DNA of 64,000 nucleotides from Shigella phage Sfk20. The position numbers were made by a program, and so were the translations under genes. The DNA is taken from the sequence record MW341595; one strand, given 5' to 3'. Positions 1-9,665 of the stretch are shown here, one piece after another. Position 1 is the first letter of the stretch. The number at the start of each line of letters is the position of its first letter. A model generated the notes under the pieces. The model saw nothing but the letters and a program-made list of their open reading frames with translations, was not told the origin of the DNA and did no database searches.

Positions 1-384
1 GCTATAGAAATTTTTACTTACACGAGCAAAAATATAACGACTTGCCGCTGCTTTTTGAACGGTACGAGAACCAAAGTTTCCTTGACCATCTAACAAAGGA
101 AAGTTATTATTCCAAGTATTAGCCATCAAAGCACCTGCGTCTTGTGCAGAGTTTTCACCATGATGATATCCAAGGTCTGCTACACCACCTGCAATAGAAG
201 CGAGTTTGTGAAACTTATCTTTATTTCCTCGTGCCAAATCAAGGGCTCGAGCAATAACAAATCGTTGAACTGGCTTAAATCCATCAATCATATTTGGGAT
301 AGCACGATTTTCAACCGTGTACATAGCATAAGCCAATGCTTCATTATCAATGATACTTTTTAAATCACGATTATTCAGTTGCAT
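1..384 (-). CDS. 52: DNA topoisomerase II medium subunit gp52, N-terminal part (gene continues past window start)
   Basis: Reverse translation from ATG at 382-384 gives MQLNNRDLKSIIDNEALAYAMYTVENRAIPNMIDGFKPVQRF..., matching remembered T4 gp52 N-terminus (GyrA-like). Confidence 0.9.
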   Translation of the reverse strand, partial: MQLNNRDLKSIIDNEALAYAMYTVENRAIPNMIDGFKPVQRFVIARALDLARGNKDKFHKLASIAGGVADLGYHHGENSAQDAGALMANTWNNNFPLLDGQGNFGSRTVQKAAASRYIFARVSKNFYS

Positions 385-388
385 AAAT

Positions 389-529
389 TTACCATACTAG
401 TGAATGTAGTGCCATAATAACATCAGAAATGAAAAGCACGACTTGAATTAATCCGAACATTACTCCATAATATAGTGCTACCAATAAAGTAGCAAGGGCT
501 AATGAATAGCCCAAGATTTTCTTAATCAT
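389..529 (-). CDS. small hydrophobic protein, 46 aa (MIKKILGYSLALATLLVALYYGVMFGLIQVV...)
   Basis: Hand-translated ORF ATG 527-529 to TAA 389-391; hydrophobic; overlaps stop of next ORF; below ORF-track size cutoff. Confidence 0.35.
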   Translation of the reverse strand: MIKKILGYSLALATLLVALYYGVMFGLIQVVLFISDVIMALHSLVW

Positions 530-680
530 TAGTAGATAACAACACAAATGTTAAATATGCACACATACCCTGGGCTAAAGCTTGTGAAAACACACTGCTA
601 GCATCGATACAGATAGTTAAAACACATGCTACTATCCAACAAATAAATGAAATAACTCCTAATAATTTTGCGATATTCAT
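522..680 (-). CDS. ac-family small membrane protein, 52 aa
   Basis: ORF-track ORF 522..710 begins at TTG; internal ATG at 678-680 preceded by GAGGAG gives MNIAKLLGVISFICWIVACV...; paralogous to 691..846. Confidence 0.5.
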   Translation of the reverse strand: MNIAKLLGVISFICWIVACVLTICIDASSVFSQALAQGMCAYLTFVLLSTND

Positions 681-690
681 AATATTCTCC

Positions 691-846
691 TCAACTATTT
701 TTAGAACCAATGTACGCGAATAATGATAAAATCGCTAATACGCCCTGAGCTGATGCCTGCAAAAATACTGAAGTTTCTCCAGTTATTACTGTTCCGACGC
801 ATAAAAAGAACCAGCAGAAAAAGGCTATACCGTGAACAAATTTCAT
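691..846 (-). CDS. ac-family small membrane protein, 51 aa (size matches T4 ac)
   Basis: Hand-translated MKFVHGIAFFCWFFLCVGTVITGETSVFLQASAQGVLAILSLFAYIGSKNS; ATG 844-846, stop 691-693; shares SVF-QA-AQG core with 522..680. Confidence 0.45.
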   Translation of the reverse strand: MKFVHGIAFFCWFFLCVGTVITGETSVFLQASAQGVLAILSLFAYIGSKNS

Positions 847-853
847 ATTTTCC

Positions 854-934
854 TCACTGGCGTCCGAAGACGCCTTTGGTTTTAAGATTGTTACGATAGA
901 ACTGCATCACATGTTCGTTATGGAAATTACTCAT
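854..934 (-). CDS. stp: Stp peptide, 26 aa (host anticodon-nuclease/restriction interplay)
   Basis: Hand-translated [26 protein letters not shown], matching the remembered T4 Stp; start overlaps ndd stop (TAATG). Confidence 0.8.
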
Positions 935-1389
935 TAATATGCCTGCAAAACAAATTTAAAGTTATCAGCCAACATACGGTTCATTTCTTCAAGCGTTTGA
1001 TACTCAGAATGATGATTACGAGTAAACGCTAAAGCTAACTGACCTTTTCCAAATCCCGTCGTCAGAGGTTTCATCTTAGAAGCAGGTAGATAAAATACCG
1101 TGTATGGAACATTGTTATTTACAATAGTACGCGCAAGCTGAGACCGACGTTGACGAATATGACTTAAAACTGCACTAAACCCTTGCTTAGAACGCTGATT
1201 ACCTACATAAAATCGTGCAGATACGCATGGACTACTAAATGGACCACCGAGTTTACTCACTAAAAAGTAAAATCCAGGTTTAGATAAAATATCTTTGTGC
1301 GGAGTTCCCAAAAACCATTCACCGCCCTTGATTGTACCAATAACAGTTGCGCCTGCATTATTCAAATCAGTAACAGTCATGTATTTCAT
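934..1389 (-). CDS. ndd: Ndd nucleoid disruption protein
   Basis: 151 aa, same length and map position (next to stp, before denB) as T4 Ndd; AGAGGA SD before ATG. Confidence 0.75.
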
Positions 1390-1420
1390 ATTAATTTCCT
1401 CTAATTATTTTCTACTCCAA

Positions 1421-1442
1421 GGCCGCATGAATACACACGGCC
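1421..1442 (-). terminator. GC stem-loop (ggccg...cggcc) between ndd.1-like ORF and ndd
   Basis: Inverted repeat ggccgcatgaatacacacggcc read from sequence. Confidence 0.35.
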
Positions 1443-1448
1443 GATAAA

Positions 1449-1664
1449 TTAATCGTCGCAGTCGACGCTCAATTCCCAGAACTCTTCTACAGTATAAGTT
1501 TCAGTATCATTTTCAATACAGAAACGTTCATTACTGTTGTTTGCTAAAGTAGCATTAACTGTCATTTTCTCGCTAGTGCTCTTAAGAGGTGAAATACGAA
1601 TTAACTGATCACCGCTATCCAAACAAAAAATTTCGCCAACTTTTACATCTTTAAAAATTTTCAT
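1449..1664 (-). CDS. hypothetical protein (ndd.1 position), 71 aa
   Basis: ORF track; ATG 1662-1664 with GAGGTGA SD. Confidence 0.5.
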   Translation of the reverse strand: MKIFKDVKVGEIFCLDSGDQLIRISPLKSTSEKMTVNATLANNSNERFCIENDTETYTVEEFWELSVDCDD

Positions 1665-1672
1665 AATTCACC

Positions 1673-1783
1673 TCAGGGAGTATAAAATCCAAATGCAGTT
1701 GTTGACCATCCCATCCAATACGGAAAATTTGCACCAACGTAAAACATGAGAATATAAAACCAACCACTCAGCAAATTTATCAT
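1673..1783 (-). CDS. small hydrophobic peptide, 36 aa
   Basis: Hand-translated MINLLSGWFYILMFYVGANFPYWMGWSTTAFGFYTP; ATGA start/stop overlap with upstream ORF. Confidence 0.3.
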   Translation of the reverse strand: MINLLSGWFYILMFYVGANFPYWMGWSTTAFGFYTP

Positions 1784-1977
1784 TTTACACCATTCCAAAT
1801 TGTTTCAACCACAGATTTTAAGCCATTTTGATGAATGTCCATTCCGACAACCGTCATCAAATAAATTCCAACTACAACTGAACCTAAGGCGAAAATCAGC
1901 ATGAAAATGAATAAAGCTGGAAAAATATTATCGAAAAACCATTCAATAAATGTAAAAGCACTGCGTTTACGCTTCAT
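1780..1977 (-). CDS. small membrane protein, 65 aa
   Basis: ORF track 1780..1998 trimmed to ATG 1975-1977 (MKRKRSAFTFIEWFF...) with GAGGAAA SD; hydrophobic core. Confidence 0.45.
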   Translation of the reverse strand: MKRKRSAFTFIEWFFDNIFPALFIFMLIFALGSVVVGIYLMTVVGMDIHQNGLKSVVETIWNGVK

Positions 1978-1984
1978 ATTTTCC

Positions 1985-2098
1985 TCACATAAATCCAAAG
2001 CAAGCGTTTAATACATCAATCATTAAAACGATTGGGAATATACTCAAAACTACTAATATTATAACTACATTCCATATAGCTTTAACAATCTTTTTCAT
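1985..2098 (-). CDS. small membrane peptide, 37 aa
   Basis: ATG 2096-2098 preceded by GGAGG; MKKIVKAIWNVVIILVVLSIFPIVLMIDVLNACFGFM. Confidence 0.4.
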   Translation of the reverse strand: MKKIVKAIWNVVIILVVLSIFPIVLMIDVLNACFGFM

Positions 2099-2126
2099 TT
2101 TGTGTTCCTCCGTAGTTGATAGGGTA

Positions 2127-2155
2127 ATAATACCACAGAGGAACAGTCTTGTAAA
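2127..2155 (-). promoter_or_regulatory. early (sigma70-type) promoter
   Basis: Reverse complement reads TTTACA-17 nt-TATTAT. Confidence 0.55.
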
Positions 2156-2163
2156 CAACTTTT

Positions 2164-2262
2164 TTAAAAATATTCGTAATAAATGTGAATACCAACTACT
2201 ACTGCTGAAACTTGCGCAACCCACCACGCACAAGCAATAAGCACAGAATTCAAAATTTTCAT
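2164..2262 (-). CDS. small hydrophobic peptide, 32 aa
   Basis: Hand-translated MKILNSVLIACAWWVAQVSAVVVGIHIYYEYF; GAGGT SD. Confidence 0.3.
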   Translation of the reverse strand: MKILNSVLIACAWWVAQVSAVVVGIHIYYEYF

Positions 2263-2373
2263 AATAACCTCATCACAAAAGTAAATGTTAAACAAATTAA
2301 TGGAATACTAATTAACCAAATAAAACACCACCACAATGAACTCATAGTTCAATCTCAACGATTTTCATTTTAC

Positions 2374-2580
2374 TCAATAATCTGCTAAAAGATCGACGAT
2401 TGCATCACGAAGACACTTATTCGCAATACGTTTAAGAGCAATTTCAGTTTCTGGAGCATTTTGAATAATCATTGAATTCAATTCAGCCTCAGCAAACTGA
2501 AGTTCTTTAACTAATTCAGCTTTATATTTTCCTTGCCCTTTCTTAGCTTTTGCTCGTTTTAATTCAGCTGTAGTAAACAT
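2374..2580 (-). CDS. hypothetical protein, 68 aa
   Basis: ORF track 2374..2592 trimmed to ATG 2578-2580 (MFTTAELKRAKAKK...) preceded by GGAGaataaa leader. Confidence 0.55.
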   Translation of the reverse strand: MFTTAELKRAKAKKGQGKYKAELVKELQFAEAELNSMIIQNAPETEIALKRIANKCLRDAIVDLLADY

Positions 2581-2614
2581 TTTATTCTCCAAATCCGTAT
2601 CAGTTGATAGTTGT

Positions 2615-2643
2615 ATAGTACCACAGTCCTTGTGGTATGTAAA
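2615..2643 (-). promoter_or_regulatory. early (sigma70-type) promoter with conserved leader
   Basis: Reverse complement TTTACA-17 nt-TACTAT; followed by repeated leader cassette. Confidence 0.55.
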
Positions 2644-2662
2644 CTGTTTTGTGAAAAATTTT

Positions 2663-3220
2663 TTAAATGGAAAGATACCATCCGTTGTAGTTGCTTTTTC
2701 TTACAACCTTACGAAGGTCTTCTCTATCACCGATGAACTTCGGAGTGTACTGGATGACACCTGGATGAATTTCTTTAGTGTTGAATATAATTATACAGTC
2801 AGCGACCTGATGATTCAGAATGGGCCCTAGATTTATTCCAGAACCGTATGGATACTCTCCGCTGCATCCGGTTGTTACCGAAATCCAACGTGAGTCAGTT
2901 TGATGTGTCTTAACTTCTACACGAAGCCCGCAGTATCTTGGATGCGCCAATACATCCCATGCGTATGTATACGGGTCATTAACATCCTCTTGGCCTTTGT
3001 TAACATACCCGCTTAGCCAATCTGCTACAAAAAACTCTGCGTACACCGCGATACGACATCTTTCGATAACTTCTGCTTTATCCTGGTTCGGGTTTTGTTT
3101 TAAAGAGTATCTTGCTGTATCAGCAATTTTGACCTTCATTTCACTAGTCAAGTCACTGTTCGATAGGGTAAATGTCGGAATCTGAAATAGTCTCTGTAAA
3201 CCCGGATTCGTTTTCTGCAT
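2663..3220 (-). CDS. denB: endonuclease IV
   Basis: 185 aa, same length and map position (between ndd region and rIIB) as T4 DenB. Confidence 0.8.
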   Translation of the reverse strand: MQKTNPGLQRLFQIPTFTLSNSDLTSEMKVKIADTARYSLKQNPNQDKAEVIERCRIAVYAEFFVADWLSGYVNKGQEDVNDPYTYAWDVLAHPRYCGLRVEVKTHQTDSRWISVTTGCSGEYPYGSGINLGPILNHQVADCIIIFNTKEIHPGVIQYTPKFIGDREDLRKVVRKSNYNGWYLSI

Positions 3221-3482
3221 TTAGACTTTCCTTTTTACCGCTGAGATAAGCGTTATATACTTTAAGAGTGCCGTAATAAATTCGGTCATTTTCGTCTAAA
3301 GACTCATGGTCGAGTTCATCAAGTTCCTTTTTATCCATGACTATAACATCATTACAGTAAAGAAACCCAAGTTTTTCGTGACCAAACTCAAATTTATTGC
3401 AGTACACAATATTAGCGTGATGGTTTCCGTGCAGTTTAATCTCTTTTATGTCGGAATCACTGATATTCATACAGTAAATCAT
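3153..3482 (-). CDS. hypothetical protein, 109 aa
   Basis: ORF track; overlaps denB start by about 68 nt in another frame. Confidence 0.45.
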   Translation of the reverse strand: MIYCMNISDSDIKEIKLHGNHHANIVYCNKFEFGHEKLGFLYCNDVIVMDKKELDELDHESLDENDRIYYGTLKVYNAYLSGKKESLNAENESGFTETISDSDIYPIEQ

Positions 3483-3500
3483 AATTTTTCCTTAAAACAA

Positions 3501-3517
3501 AAGGGCCGAAGCCCCTT
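3501..3517 (-). terminator. GC stem-loop (aagggccgaagcccctt) with A/T-rich flanks
   Basis: Inverted repeat read from sequence, just downstream of ORF 3521..3715. Confidence 0.5.
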
Positions 3518-3520
3518 ATT

Positions 3521-3715
3521 TTATTTGAATTGTGCAATTCTTTTTTCTAAACAATCTGCGTAAGATTTCATTGAGATGAACTGTGAAAGCAGTAATTCTT
3601 GCTCAACTTCATTAATTGTTAGAAACTTTGTACTTTCTAAAAATTTGCTCAGTGCATTAATTTTGAGCATTAATTGATCGTATTCTTCTTTTACTCGTGC
3701 TTGATAACCTAACAT
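3521..3715 (-). CDS. hypothetical protein, 64 aa
   Basis: ORF track; flanked by stem-loops at 3501-3517 and 3730-3745. Confidence 0.5.
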   Translation of the reverse strand: MLGYQARVKEEYDQLMLKINALSKFLESTKFLTINEVEQELLLSQFISMKSYADCLEKRIAQFK

Positions 3716-3729
3716 AATTTTCCTTAGTT

Positions 3730-3745
3730 AAGGGCCGAAGCCCTT
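3730..3745. terminator. perfect GC stem-loop AAGGGC-CGAA-GCCCTT overlapping the rIIB stop codon
   Basis: Palindrome read from sequence; orientation ambiguous. Confidence 0.45.
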
Positions 3746-4682
3746 ATTTAAATTGTTCAGTAACGTCTTCAACTACTTCGTATTGGCAGGTACGCATTTT
3801 AGCATCGTTGTAATCAATCGGAATTGATACTACATCGCGAGGATGTACTTTAACTTTTACAACTCGACTAGTTGAACTACCAAAGTGACGAATATAAGAT
3901 TTAGAACACACATGCAGACCACGAGAACAAGTTTGTGTATCATCATCGTTCACACGAGTACGTGGCATTTTAACTACTTTACCAGGACTGTTATCAAAAG
4001 TATTTGAATGACAGTCAAAGTAATTGCTGCGAACTACTTTCCAAGCATAGAAGTAGCCATCTTCTGTAATTTCAATATCGTTTGCTACCAAGAAATCAAA
4101 GAGTCGAGATACCGCTTTTTGGCTTGGGTTTTCCAACAGATTTTCCAGGAACGGAAAATAAAATTCAAAGTTTTCACCTTTTTCCATCGAATCGAGAATA
4201 CGATCAACTAAACCAGACCGCAATTCAATATTTTGATAGAACAAGCTTCCACCTTCAATTCGAACATCACCGGAAATATATTTTTCAACAGCGCGACGAA
4301 CATTAATTTTTTGTGCCGCTTCTTCCAATTTATCTGCAACAAGCAGATTAAGAATTTCCTGGAAGTTTGAATGAGTATTAGGAGTTGCGTTATAAGTTAC
4401 ACCGTCAACAGTAATTGAAATGAATTTTTTAGATGCATTCCAAATAATGTCAGATTTAGCAACTGGAGCAATAGCTACATCGCTATTAACTTTAACTGTA
4501 ATATCACCGCTAATAGTAACTTTAGAGCGCTCAGCTTCTTCAGCATTTTTCAAAACACGACGGATTGTGTCAACCGATACACCTTGCCAATCAGCCAATT
4601 CCTGTTGGGTATAATTACCACTTGAATACAGTTTGACAATTTCAGCTTGTTCGTTTTTGGTCAGGCATTTAATATTGTACAT
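3744..4682 (-). CDS. rIIB: rIIB protein
   Basis: 312 aa, same length as T4 rIIB and directly downstream of rIIA. Confidence 0.9.
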   Translation of the reverse strand: MYNIKCLTKNEQAEIVKLYSSGNYTQQELADWQGVSVDTIRRVLKNAEEAERSKVTISGDITVKVNSDVAIAPVAKSDIIWNASKKFISITVDGVTYNATPNTHSNFQEILNLLVADKLEEAAQKINVRRAVEKYISGDVRIEGGSLFYQNIELRSGLVDRILDSMEKGENFEFYFPFLENLLENPSQKAVSRLFDFLVANDIEITEDGYFYAWKVVRSNYFDCHSNTFDNSPGKVVKMPRTRVNDDDTQTCSRGLHVCSKSYIRHFGSSTSRVVKVKVHPRDVVSIPIDYNDAKMRTCQYEVVEDVTEQFK

Positions 4683-4693
4683 AATTTTCCTTA

Positions 4694-6871
4694 TTAGGCC
4701 GCAAGGGCCTTCATAGTTTTAGCGATTTGGGAAACTTCATCATCACTTAAAGAGTTGCGATAACCGATGAAGTCGGAAACAATACGGAATTTCTTGGTAA
4801 ACTCAGCAACCATTTTATCACTGTTTTTTGAAGCATTATATGATAGTGTTTCAAAAAGATTAGTTACTGTCCAGATGTCATGACCGATGGTACCTTTTCC
4901 ACCGTTGAAATATATACCCTGCAATGAACTAACCATATTACCAAGGCGAGTATATTCTTCGGAAACTTCATCTACACTGAAGTACTTCATCATAAAATCT
5001 AACTCAGGATACTTGATAATTTTATCAATATATCGTTTAGCTGAACTTGAATAACCTACATACTTATCATAATCTACATCATCAAAAGCATCTACATATA
5101 AATCACGTAGAGTTTCAAAAATACATTGGCACTGACCAAGTTCTTTTACCTTTTTCTGCAAAAGTGGACGAATAACATAAAATTCATTAATGCCAATAAG
5201 ATTAGCCATACGAGTCAAAATACTCGTAGACGGATTACAGAGCGATGTAGTACCATCCATAGAGAAAATATCAGAACGATGCATGTATGCTACATAACCA
5301 GTAATTTCATCTGCTTCTGACGTAAGTGTAAACAGTTCCTCTTTTTCCCAGCGCCCGTCTTTAATTTCAAACTTAAACGCAGTAGCAGCTTTAGGACGAG
5401 GAGCTTTACTTTTAACTGCCTTCGGAATATAACTTTTAACTAAAGCTTCAATTTCTGACAAATAATGAATGTTAACTTCATCACTTTCAAACATTGCCAT
5501 AATATCAGGGAGTAAATCAATCTGCGATTCTACTTCCGGATTAATAAACAAAAGACGCTCATTATGATGAATATTCAAAGTGTTATTAAATTCTTTATCA
5601 TCTAACGCATGCGCTAATCCACGGACAATATTAACACGATTTTTAATATTATCAATAACGATATTAATTTTTGTTGTATTAATACCGAACAGACGATAAC
5701 TTGATGCAACGGCTGAAGTTTCATGACTTTGCTTAATGCGTTTCAGTCGAGGGTCAAGATTTACTTCATACACAACTCCTGCATTACATAGTTTACTATC
5801 AGGTTCAAACATGCTTTGCATCTTCTTATATGACAGATTTTTAGTCGTAAATTTGACTGAATTACTAATCATATAATCTCGAGCAGAATATCCCATCTTC
5901 ATCAATTCACGGTATGTATGACGAGGAGATGTAGATTCTTTAAATCGTTTTACATCTTCATTGAATGCTTTCTCACTAAGCTCTTTAACACGCTCAATAA
6001 TATTTTTACGGGTACGATCATCTAGTGAAAGAGCTTCGCGTGATGGAGCAATATCAAGTGAACCCATTGGAAACTTAATGTAATTCACTTCATTGCGGAT
6101 GCTTAACCAGTTACGGTCTCTAATAACACCATCGATAGGATAAACAATACCACCATAGATAGCATACAATCCACCACGATCTGGCCAGTATCTTTCTGGA
6201 TTTACGCCGTAATAGTCATCAAAATCCGGAAAATAATCAATTTCGCGGTCAAGACCATTAATGATAGCTAAATCTTTGAATGGTCGCATGATATAAGAAA
6301 CTTCATAAGCAAAGTTTCTAAAGTCTTTTTCTTCAACTGGAACTACGATTTCAATACCAGTTTTATCATCTGGACCCATTTCTTTTACAAATGTAGGTTT
6401 AATTTGTGGACCATCGCCATCCATGTAAGCTACATAACCACGAATTTCGCCTTTATGATATGAAGTAATACTAAACGTATCAGTATAGCTAAACGGGGAT
6501 TTAGAACCTAAACCAAATCCGCCAATGAAATCATTAGATTCAGCCTTAGATGAACTAAAGTATGAATTATACAACCCAGGAGAATTATCATCACCTTGAA
6601 TATCAAAATCGCTCATACCTGGACCAAAATCTCGACAAACAAATCGCGGATCTAATCGTCCTGGAACTTGAATGATAAATTTTTCAGGATTTCCATTAAG
6701 AGCATGGGCATCAATCATGTTGGTAATCAATTCACGGACAACTGCGCGAATCTTGTTTGTATACAAGTCAGATGACAGAATTTTAAATACTTTAGGAGAT
6801 GCTGTGATGCTAAATGCTTTTGATTTAGAACCATTACCAAGAATTGTTTCTTTTTCAGTGGTGATAATCAT
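4694..6871 (-). CDS. rIIA: rIIA protein
   Basis: 725 aa, same length as T4 rIIA; N-terminus [27 protein letters not shown]... recognised. Confidence 0.95.
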   Translation of the reverse strand: MIITTEKETILGNGSKSKAFSITASPKVFKILSSDLYTNKIRAVVRELITNMIDAHALNGNPEKFIIQVPGRLDPRFVCRDFGPGMSDFDIQGDDNSPGLYNSYFSSSKAESNDFIGGFGLGSKSPFSYTDTFSITSYHKGEIRGYVAYMDGDGPQIKPTFVKEMGPDDKTGIEIVVPVEEKDFRNFAYEVSYIMRPFKDLAIINGLDREIDYFPDFDDYYGVNPERYWPDRGGLYAIYGGIVYPIDGVIRDRNWLSIRNEVNYIKFPMGSLDIAPSREALSLDDRTRKNIIERVKELSEKAFNEDVKRFKESTSPRHTYRELMKMGYSARDYMISNSVKFTTKNLSYKKMQSMFEPDSKLCNAGVVYEVNLDPRLKRIKQSHETSAVASSYRLFGINTTKINIVIDNIKNRVNIVRGLAHALDDKEFNNTLNIHHNERLLFINPEVESQIDLLPDIMAMFESDEVNIHYLSEIEALVKSYIPKAVKSKAPRPKAATAFKFEIKDGRWEKEELFTLTSEADEITGYVAYMHRSDIFSMDGTTSLCNPSTSILTRMANLIGINEFYVIRPLLQKKVKELGQCQCIFETLRDLYVDAFDDVDYDKYVGYSSSAKRYIDKIIKYPELDFMMKYFSVDEVSEEYTRLGNMVSSLQGIYFNGGKGTIGHDIWTVTNLFETLSYNASKNSDKMVAEFTKKFRIVSDFIGYRNSLSDDEVSQIAKTMKALAA

Positions 6872-6881
6872 AATTTCCTCA

Positions 6882-7085
6882 TTAATTCATATTGCGTTTA
6901 ATAACTTCAGCAACTTCTAGTAGTTCATCTTTAGTTGCGGTGTCGGATTGAATTTTATCTCTAATATCCTTAAAGCGGTTTTTAAACTCTTCAGCTTCTC
7001 CCATATCGAAAAAGCGTTGAATGATTCTATATTCTCGATGAACTGCTTTATCAAAAAGTTCTAAATTTACTTTATATGATTTCAT
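6882..7085 (-). CDS. hypothetical protein (rIIA.1 position), 67 aa
   Basis: ORF track; sits between rIIA and 39 as in T4. Confidence 0.55.
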   Translation of the reverse strand: MKSYKVNLELFDKAVHREYRIIQRFFDMGEAEEFKNRFKDIRDKIQSDTATKDELLEVAEVIKRNMN

Positions 7086-7110
7086 TTCAATATCCTCATT
7101 TGCCCAATTA

Positions 7111-7139
7111 ATTATACCACATCCTTGTGGTAAAGTAAA
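7111..7139 (-). promoter_or_regulatory. early (sigma70-type) promoter upstream of rIIA.1/rIIA
   Basis: Reverse complement TTTACT-17 nt-TATAAT; -35 overlaps gene 39 stop. Confidence 0.6.
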
Positions 7140-8957
7140 CTACTGGCTCATCCATTCTTTACGAAGGTCAGCATTATCCCCCATGAGCATTTCAAAAAGC
7201 TCTTTCCAGTTCTCAGGAAGTTTAACAACATCATATACCGGGTTTTGAATCATCTCACGATATTCAGATTTTTCCAAAGAGCCAAGTCCCTTAATATAAC
7301 GGATGCTATGTTTAGGTAGAGCATCTTTGGAACTCTCATATTCAGCGACTGTATAAAACCATTCTTGTTTTTTACCGACCTGAGCGATGATTACGGGAGT
7401 TTTGACGAAGCGAATTCTTCCTTGTTCAAACAGTTCTGGCCAATTACTAAAAAATCCGAGCAGAGAAGGATAAATGCTTCCTAGACCATCGTGGTCAGCA
7501 TCAGTCATAATAGCAATATTATGATAATTCAAGTTTTCAGCCTTTTCACCAAGAACTAATCCAGTGATTGCGCAAATATCAAACAGTTCTTTGTTTTTAA
7601 GCATATCAGCATATGACATACCCCAACTGTTGAGAACTTTACCACGTAATGGATAACCGCCATGAAGTTCTTTATCACGAACATCAATAAGATATCCGAT
7701 AGCAGAATCACCCTCAGTCAAGAAAAGAGTCGTGTCAGCATCTTTACCACAAAGATTCGCTTTAATATGTTTATGAACCTTAGCTTTAGAGGCCTTTTTA
7801 GCTGCTTTAGTTTCTGCTGCTTTTTCTGCCGCCAATTTACGAGCCAAGGCAGCTTCAATAATTGGCATTAAAATTGCTTCATTATTTAAAATAGCGCGTG
7901 AAATCTTTTTAGCATCAAGCTGAATATGACTACGAATTTCACCAAATGGAGAAGTCAAACGCTCTTTAGTCTGAGAATCAAATCGCATGTTTTTCATATC
8001 ACGAACAAACATAACGATAGTCAAACATTCTTTAACACGTGCTTTAGTTACATCAATTTTGAACTTACGTTTGATTTGTGGAATAAGGTCTTCACAAATA
8101 TCATCCATAACGCAGTCAATATGATGGCCACCATTCTTAGTATGAATGTTATTGACGTATGTTAATTGACGAAAACCATCCGGTGAACGACCAACCGCAA
8201 TAGAACAATTTTCTTGTTCTTGAACAATAGCATGCTCATCATATTGGCGTGCATATTTCTTAAAATTACCCTGAACCTTTTTACCATTAAAGGTAAATTG
8301 AATATCAGGATAAACTACTGCAAGTGTCTGGAGACGATCTAATGTAATGTCAAGATAAACTTGAGATAGCTCATTAGTTTCAAATGACATAAAATCAGGA
8401 ATGAAAGTAACACGAGTTCCTTTCCATTTTCCAGGAATAGTTTCCCATGATTTATTTTCCATGCCATTTGAACAACGAACTACAATATTATTTTGACCGT
8501 CGCCAGTTTCACCGACAAACATCACAGAAAAAATGTTAGTTAAACTAGAACCAACACCGTTCATACCGCCAGTGACACGTTCTTTATCATCACCGAAGTT
8601 ACCACCTGCTTTTGGAATAGTCCAGGCGGCAACAGGACCGGGAATTTCTTCACCAGTAAGTGTTTTAACCATCGCTTGTGGAATACCACGACCGTTATCT
8701 TCAACTGTTACTTGATTGTTTTTGATAGTAACATTAATTTTATTCGCGAATTTAAACTTAGTACGAATACCTTCATCTACTGAGTTATCGATAATTTCAT
8801 CAATAAGCTTAACAAGACCAGGTACATACTGAACACTTTCCCATTTACCAAACAGAAAGCGCTCATGCATTTCATTAGCGGAAGAGCCAATGTACATGCC
8901 GCTACGCTTTTTGATATGTTCAATATCGCTCAGAATTTTAATTTCATTCTTAATCAT
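7140..8957 (-). CDS. 39: DNA topoisomerase II large subunit, unsplit 39 (39+60 equivalent), 605 aa
   Basis: ATG 8955-8957 (ORF track starts 3 nt earlier at GTG); MIKNEIKILSDIEHIKKRSGMYIGS... GyrB-like; continuous ORF covers the region split into 39 and 60 in T4. Confidence 0.95.
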   Translation of the reverse strand: MIKNEIKILSDIEHIKKRSGMYIGSSANEMHERFLFGKWESVQYVPGLVKLIDEIIDNSVDEGIRTKFKFANKINVTIKNNQVTVEDNGRGIPQAMVKTLTGEEIPGPVAAWTIPKAGGNFGDDKERVTGGMNGVGSSLTNIFSVMFVGETGDGQNNIVVRCSNGMENKSWETIPGKWKGTRVTFIPDFMSFETNELSQVYLDITLDRLQTLAVVYPDIQFTFNGKKVQGNFKKYARQYDEHAIVQEQENCSIAVGRSPDGFRQLTYVNNIHTKNGGHHIDCVMDDICEDLIPQIKRKFKIDVTKARVKECLTIVMFVRDMKNMRFDSQTKERLTSPFGEIRSHIQLDAKKISRAILNNEAILMPIIEAALARKLAAEKAAETKAAKKASKAKVHKHIKANLCGKDADTTLFLTEGDSAIGYLIDVRDKELHGGYPLRGKVLNSWGMSYADMLKNKELFDICAITGLVLGEKAENLNYHNIAIMTDADHDGLGSIYPSLLGFFSNWPELFEQGRIRFVKTPVIIAQVGKKQEWFYTVAEYESSKDALPKHSIRYIKGLGSLEKSEYREMIQNPVYDVVKLPENWKELFEMLMGDNADLRKEWMSQ

Positions 8958-8984
8958 CACTTATCCTCGTTTGGTTTCGGGAAT

Positions 8985-9009
8985 ATTATACTCCGGTAAT
9001 CATAAAGCT
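8985..9009 (-). promoter_or_regulatory. candidate MotA-dependent middle promoter upstream of 39
   Basis: Reverse complement aGCTTTA-12 nt-TATAAT (one mismatch to the MotA box). Confidence 0.35.
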
Positions 9010-9027
9010 AAAGGCCCGAAGGCCTTT
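9010..9027. terminator. perfect GC stem-loop AAAGGCC-CGAA-GGCCTTT
   Basis: Palindrome read from sequence between the 39.1-like ORF and 39. Confidence 0.45.
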
Positions 9028-9287
9028 TATTTAAAACGGATAGTCGAATCCTTGAAGAATAGACCAGAACATACGGTTCCTTCTACTTTCTGCCCGGTAG
9101 GTCCAATAGCACGAAATCCAGTATGTTGGAAATCATTTTCAGAGCAACCGAACCAATTGTATCCAGTGATTTCAATATTAGTAAACCCACTTGAAGACAA
9201 AACTTTGGTTGCATTATCAGCATCAGTACATCCTACTAAAGATACTGCTAATACTAATGCCGCGATAGAACGATTAACATATTTCAT
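9027..9287 (-). CDS. putative lipoprotein (39.1 position), 86 aa
   Basis: ORF track trimmed to ATG 9285-9287; MKYVNRSIAALVLAVSLVGC... signal peptide with lipobox-like LVGC. Confidence 0.5.
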   Translation of the reverse strand: MKYVNRSIAALVLAVSLVGCTDADNATKVLSSSGFTNIEITGYNWFGCSENDFQHTGFRAIGPTGQKVEGTVCSGLFFKDSTIRFK

Positions 9288-9291
9288 AATT

Positions 9292-9663
9292 TCACTCAAA
9301 TTTAATGGCTTGAAGGAGAATAATAATTCTTAAACGGCTTCTTTCATCTTTAACTGTAAAAGAAAGAGGGTCGCCAGATTTCATAGTGATAGTGCATTCA
9401 AAATCAAAATCTTCAGAAACTTCTTCGAAGAAGTCAAATTCTTCATCATAAATTAGAACATTACTCTGAAAACTGTGAAGAATTTTTCCATCATTTCCAG
9501 ATGCTGTACTAATCATTGTAACATTATTACCTTTCATATCTTCAACGATAAATTCGCTTGTAGATATTACGGCATTAATAGAACCATTCCTATAAATAGA
9601 AGAAAGTAGATATTTCTTTTCTTCACCTTCGCGAACACGATATTTCTTACCGATTTTAAACAT
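9292..9663 (-). CDS. hypothetical protein (39.2 position), 123 aa
   Basis: ORF track trimmed to ATG 9661-9663. Confidence 0.5.
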   Translation of the reverse strand: MFKIGKKYRVREGEEKKYLLSSIYRNGSINAVISTSEFIVEDMKGNNVTMISTASGNDGKILHSFQSNVLIYDEEFDFFEEVSEDFDFECTITMKSGDPLSFTVKDERSRLRIIILLQAIKFE

Positions 9664-9665
9664 AA

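Noticed and set aside
142-363. Plus-strand ORF inside gene 52, and similar plus-strand ORFs throughout the track (for example 2630-2830, 3306-3563, 4008-4614, 7662-8715, 14448-14817, 25057-25251, 28706-30004, 44395-45443, 63262-63651)
   Set aside because: All lie antisense within well-supported minus-strand genes, have no ribosome-binding sites and give low-complexity translations; treated as shadow ORFs.
7140-8960. Looked for a gene 60-style translational bypass or a mobile insertion within the topoisomerase gene
   Set aside because: The ORF is continuous over 605 codons with no internal stop or hairpin-interrupted segment.
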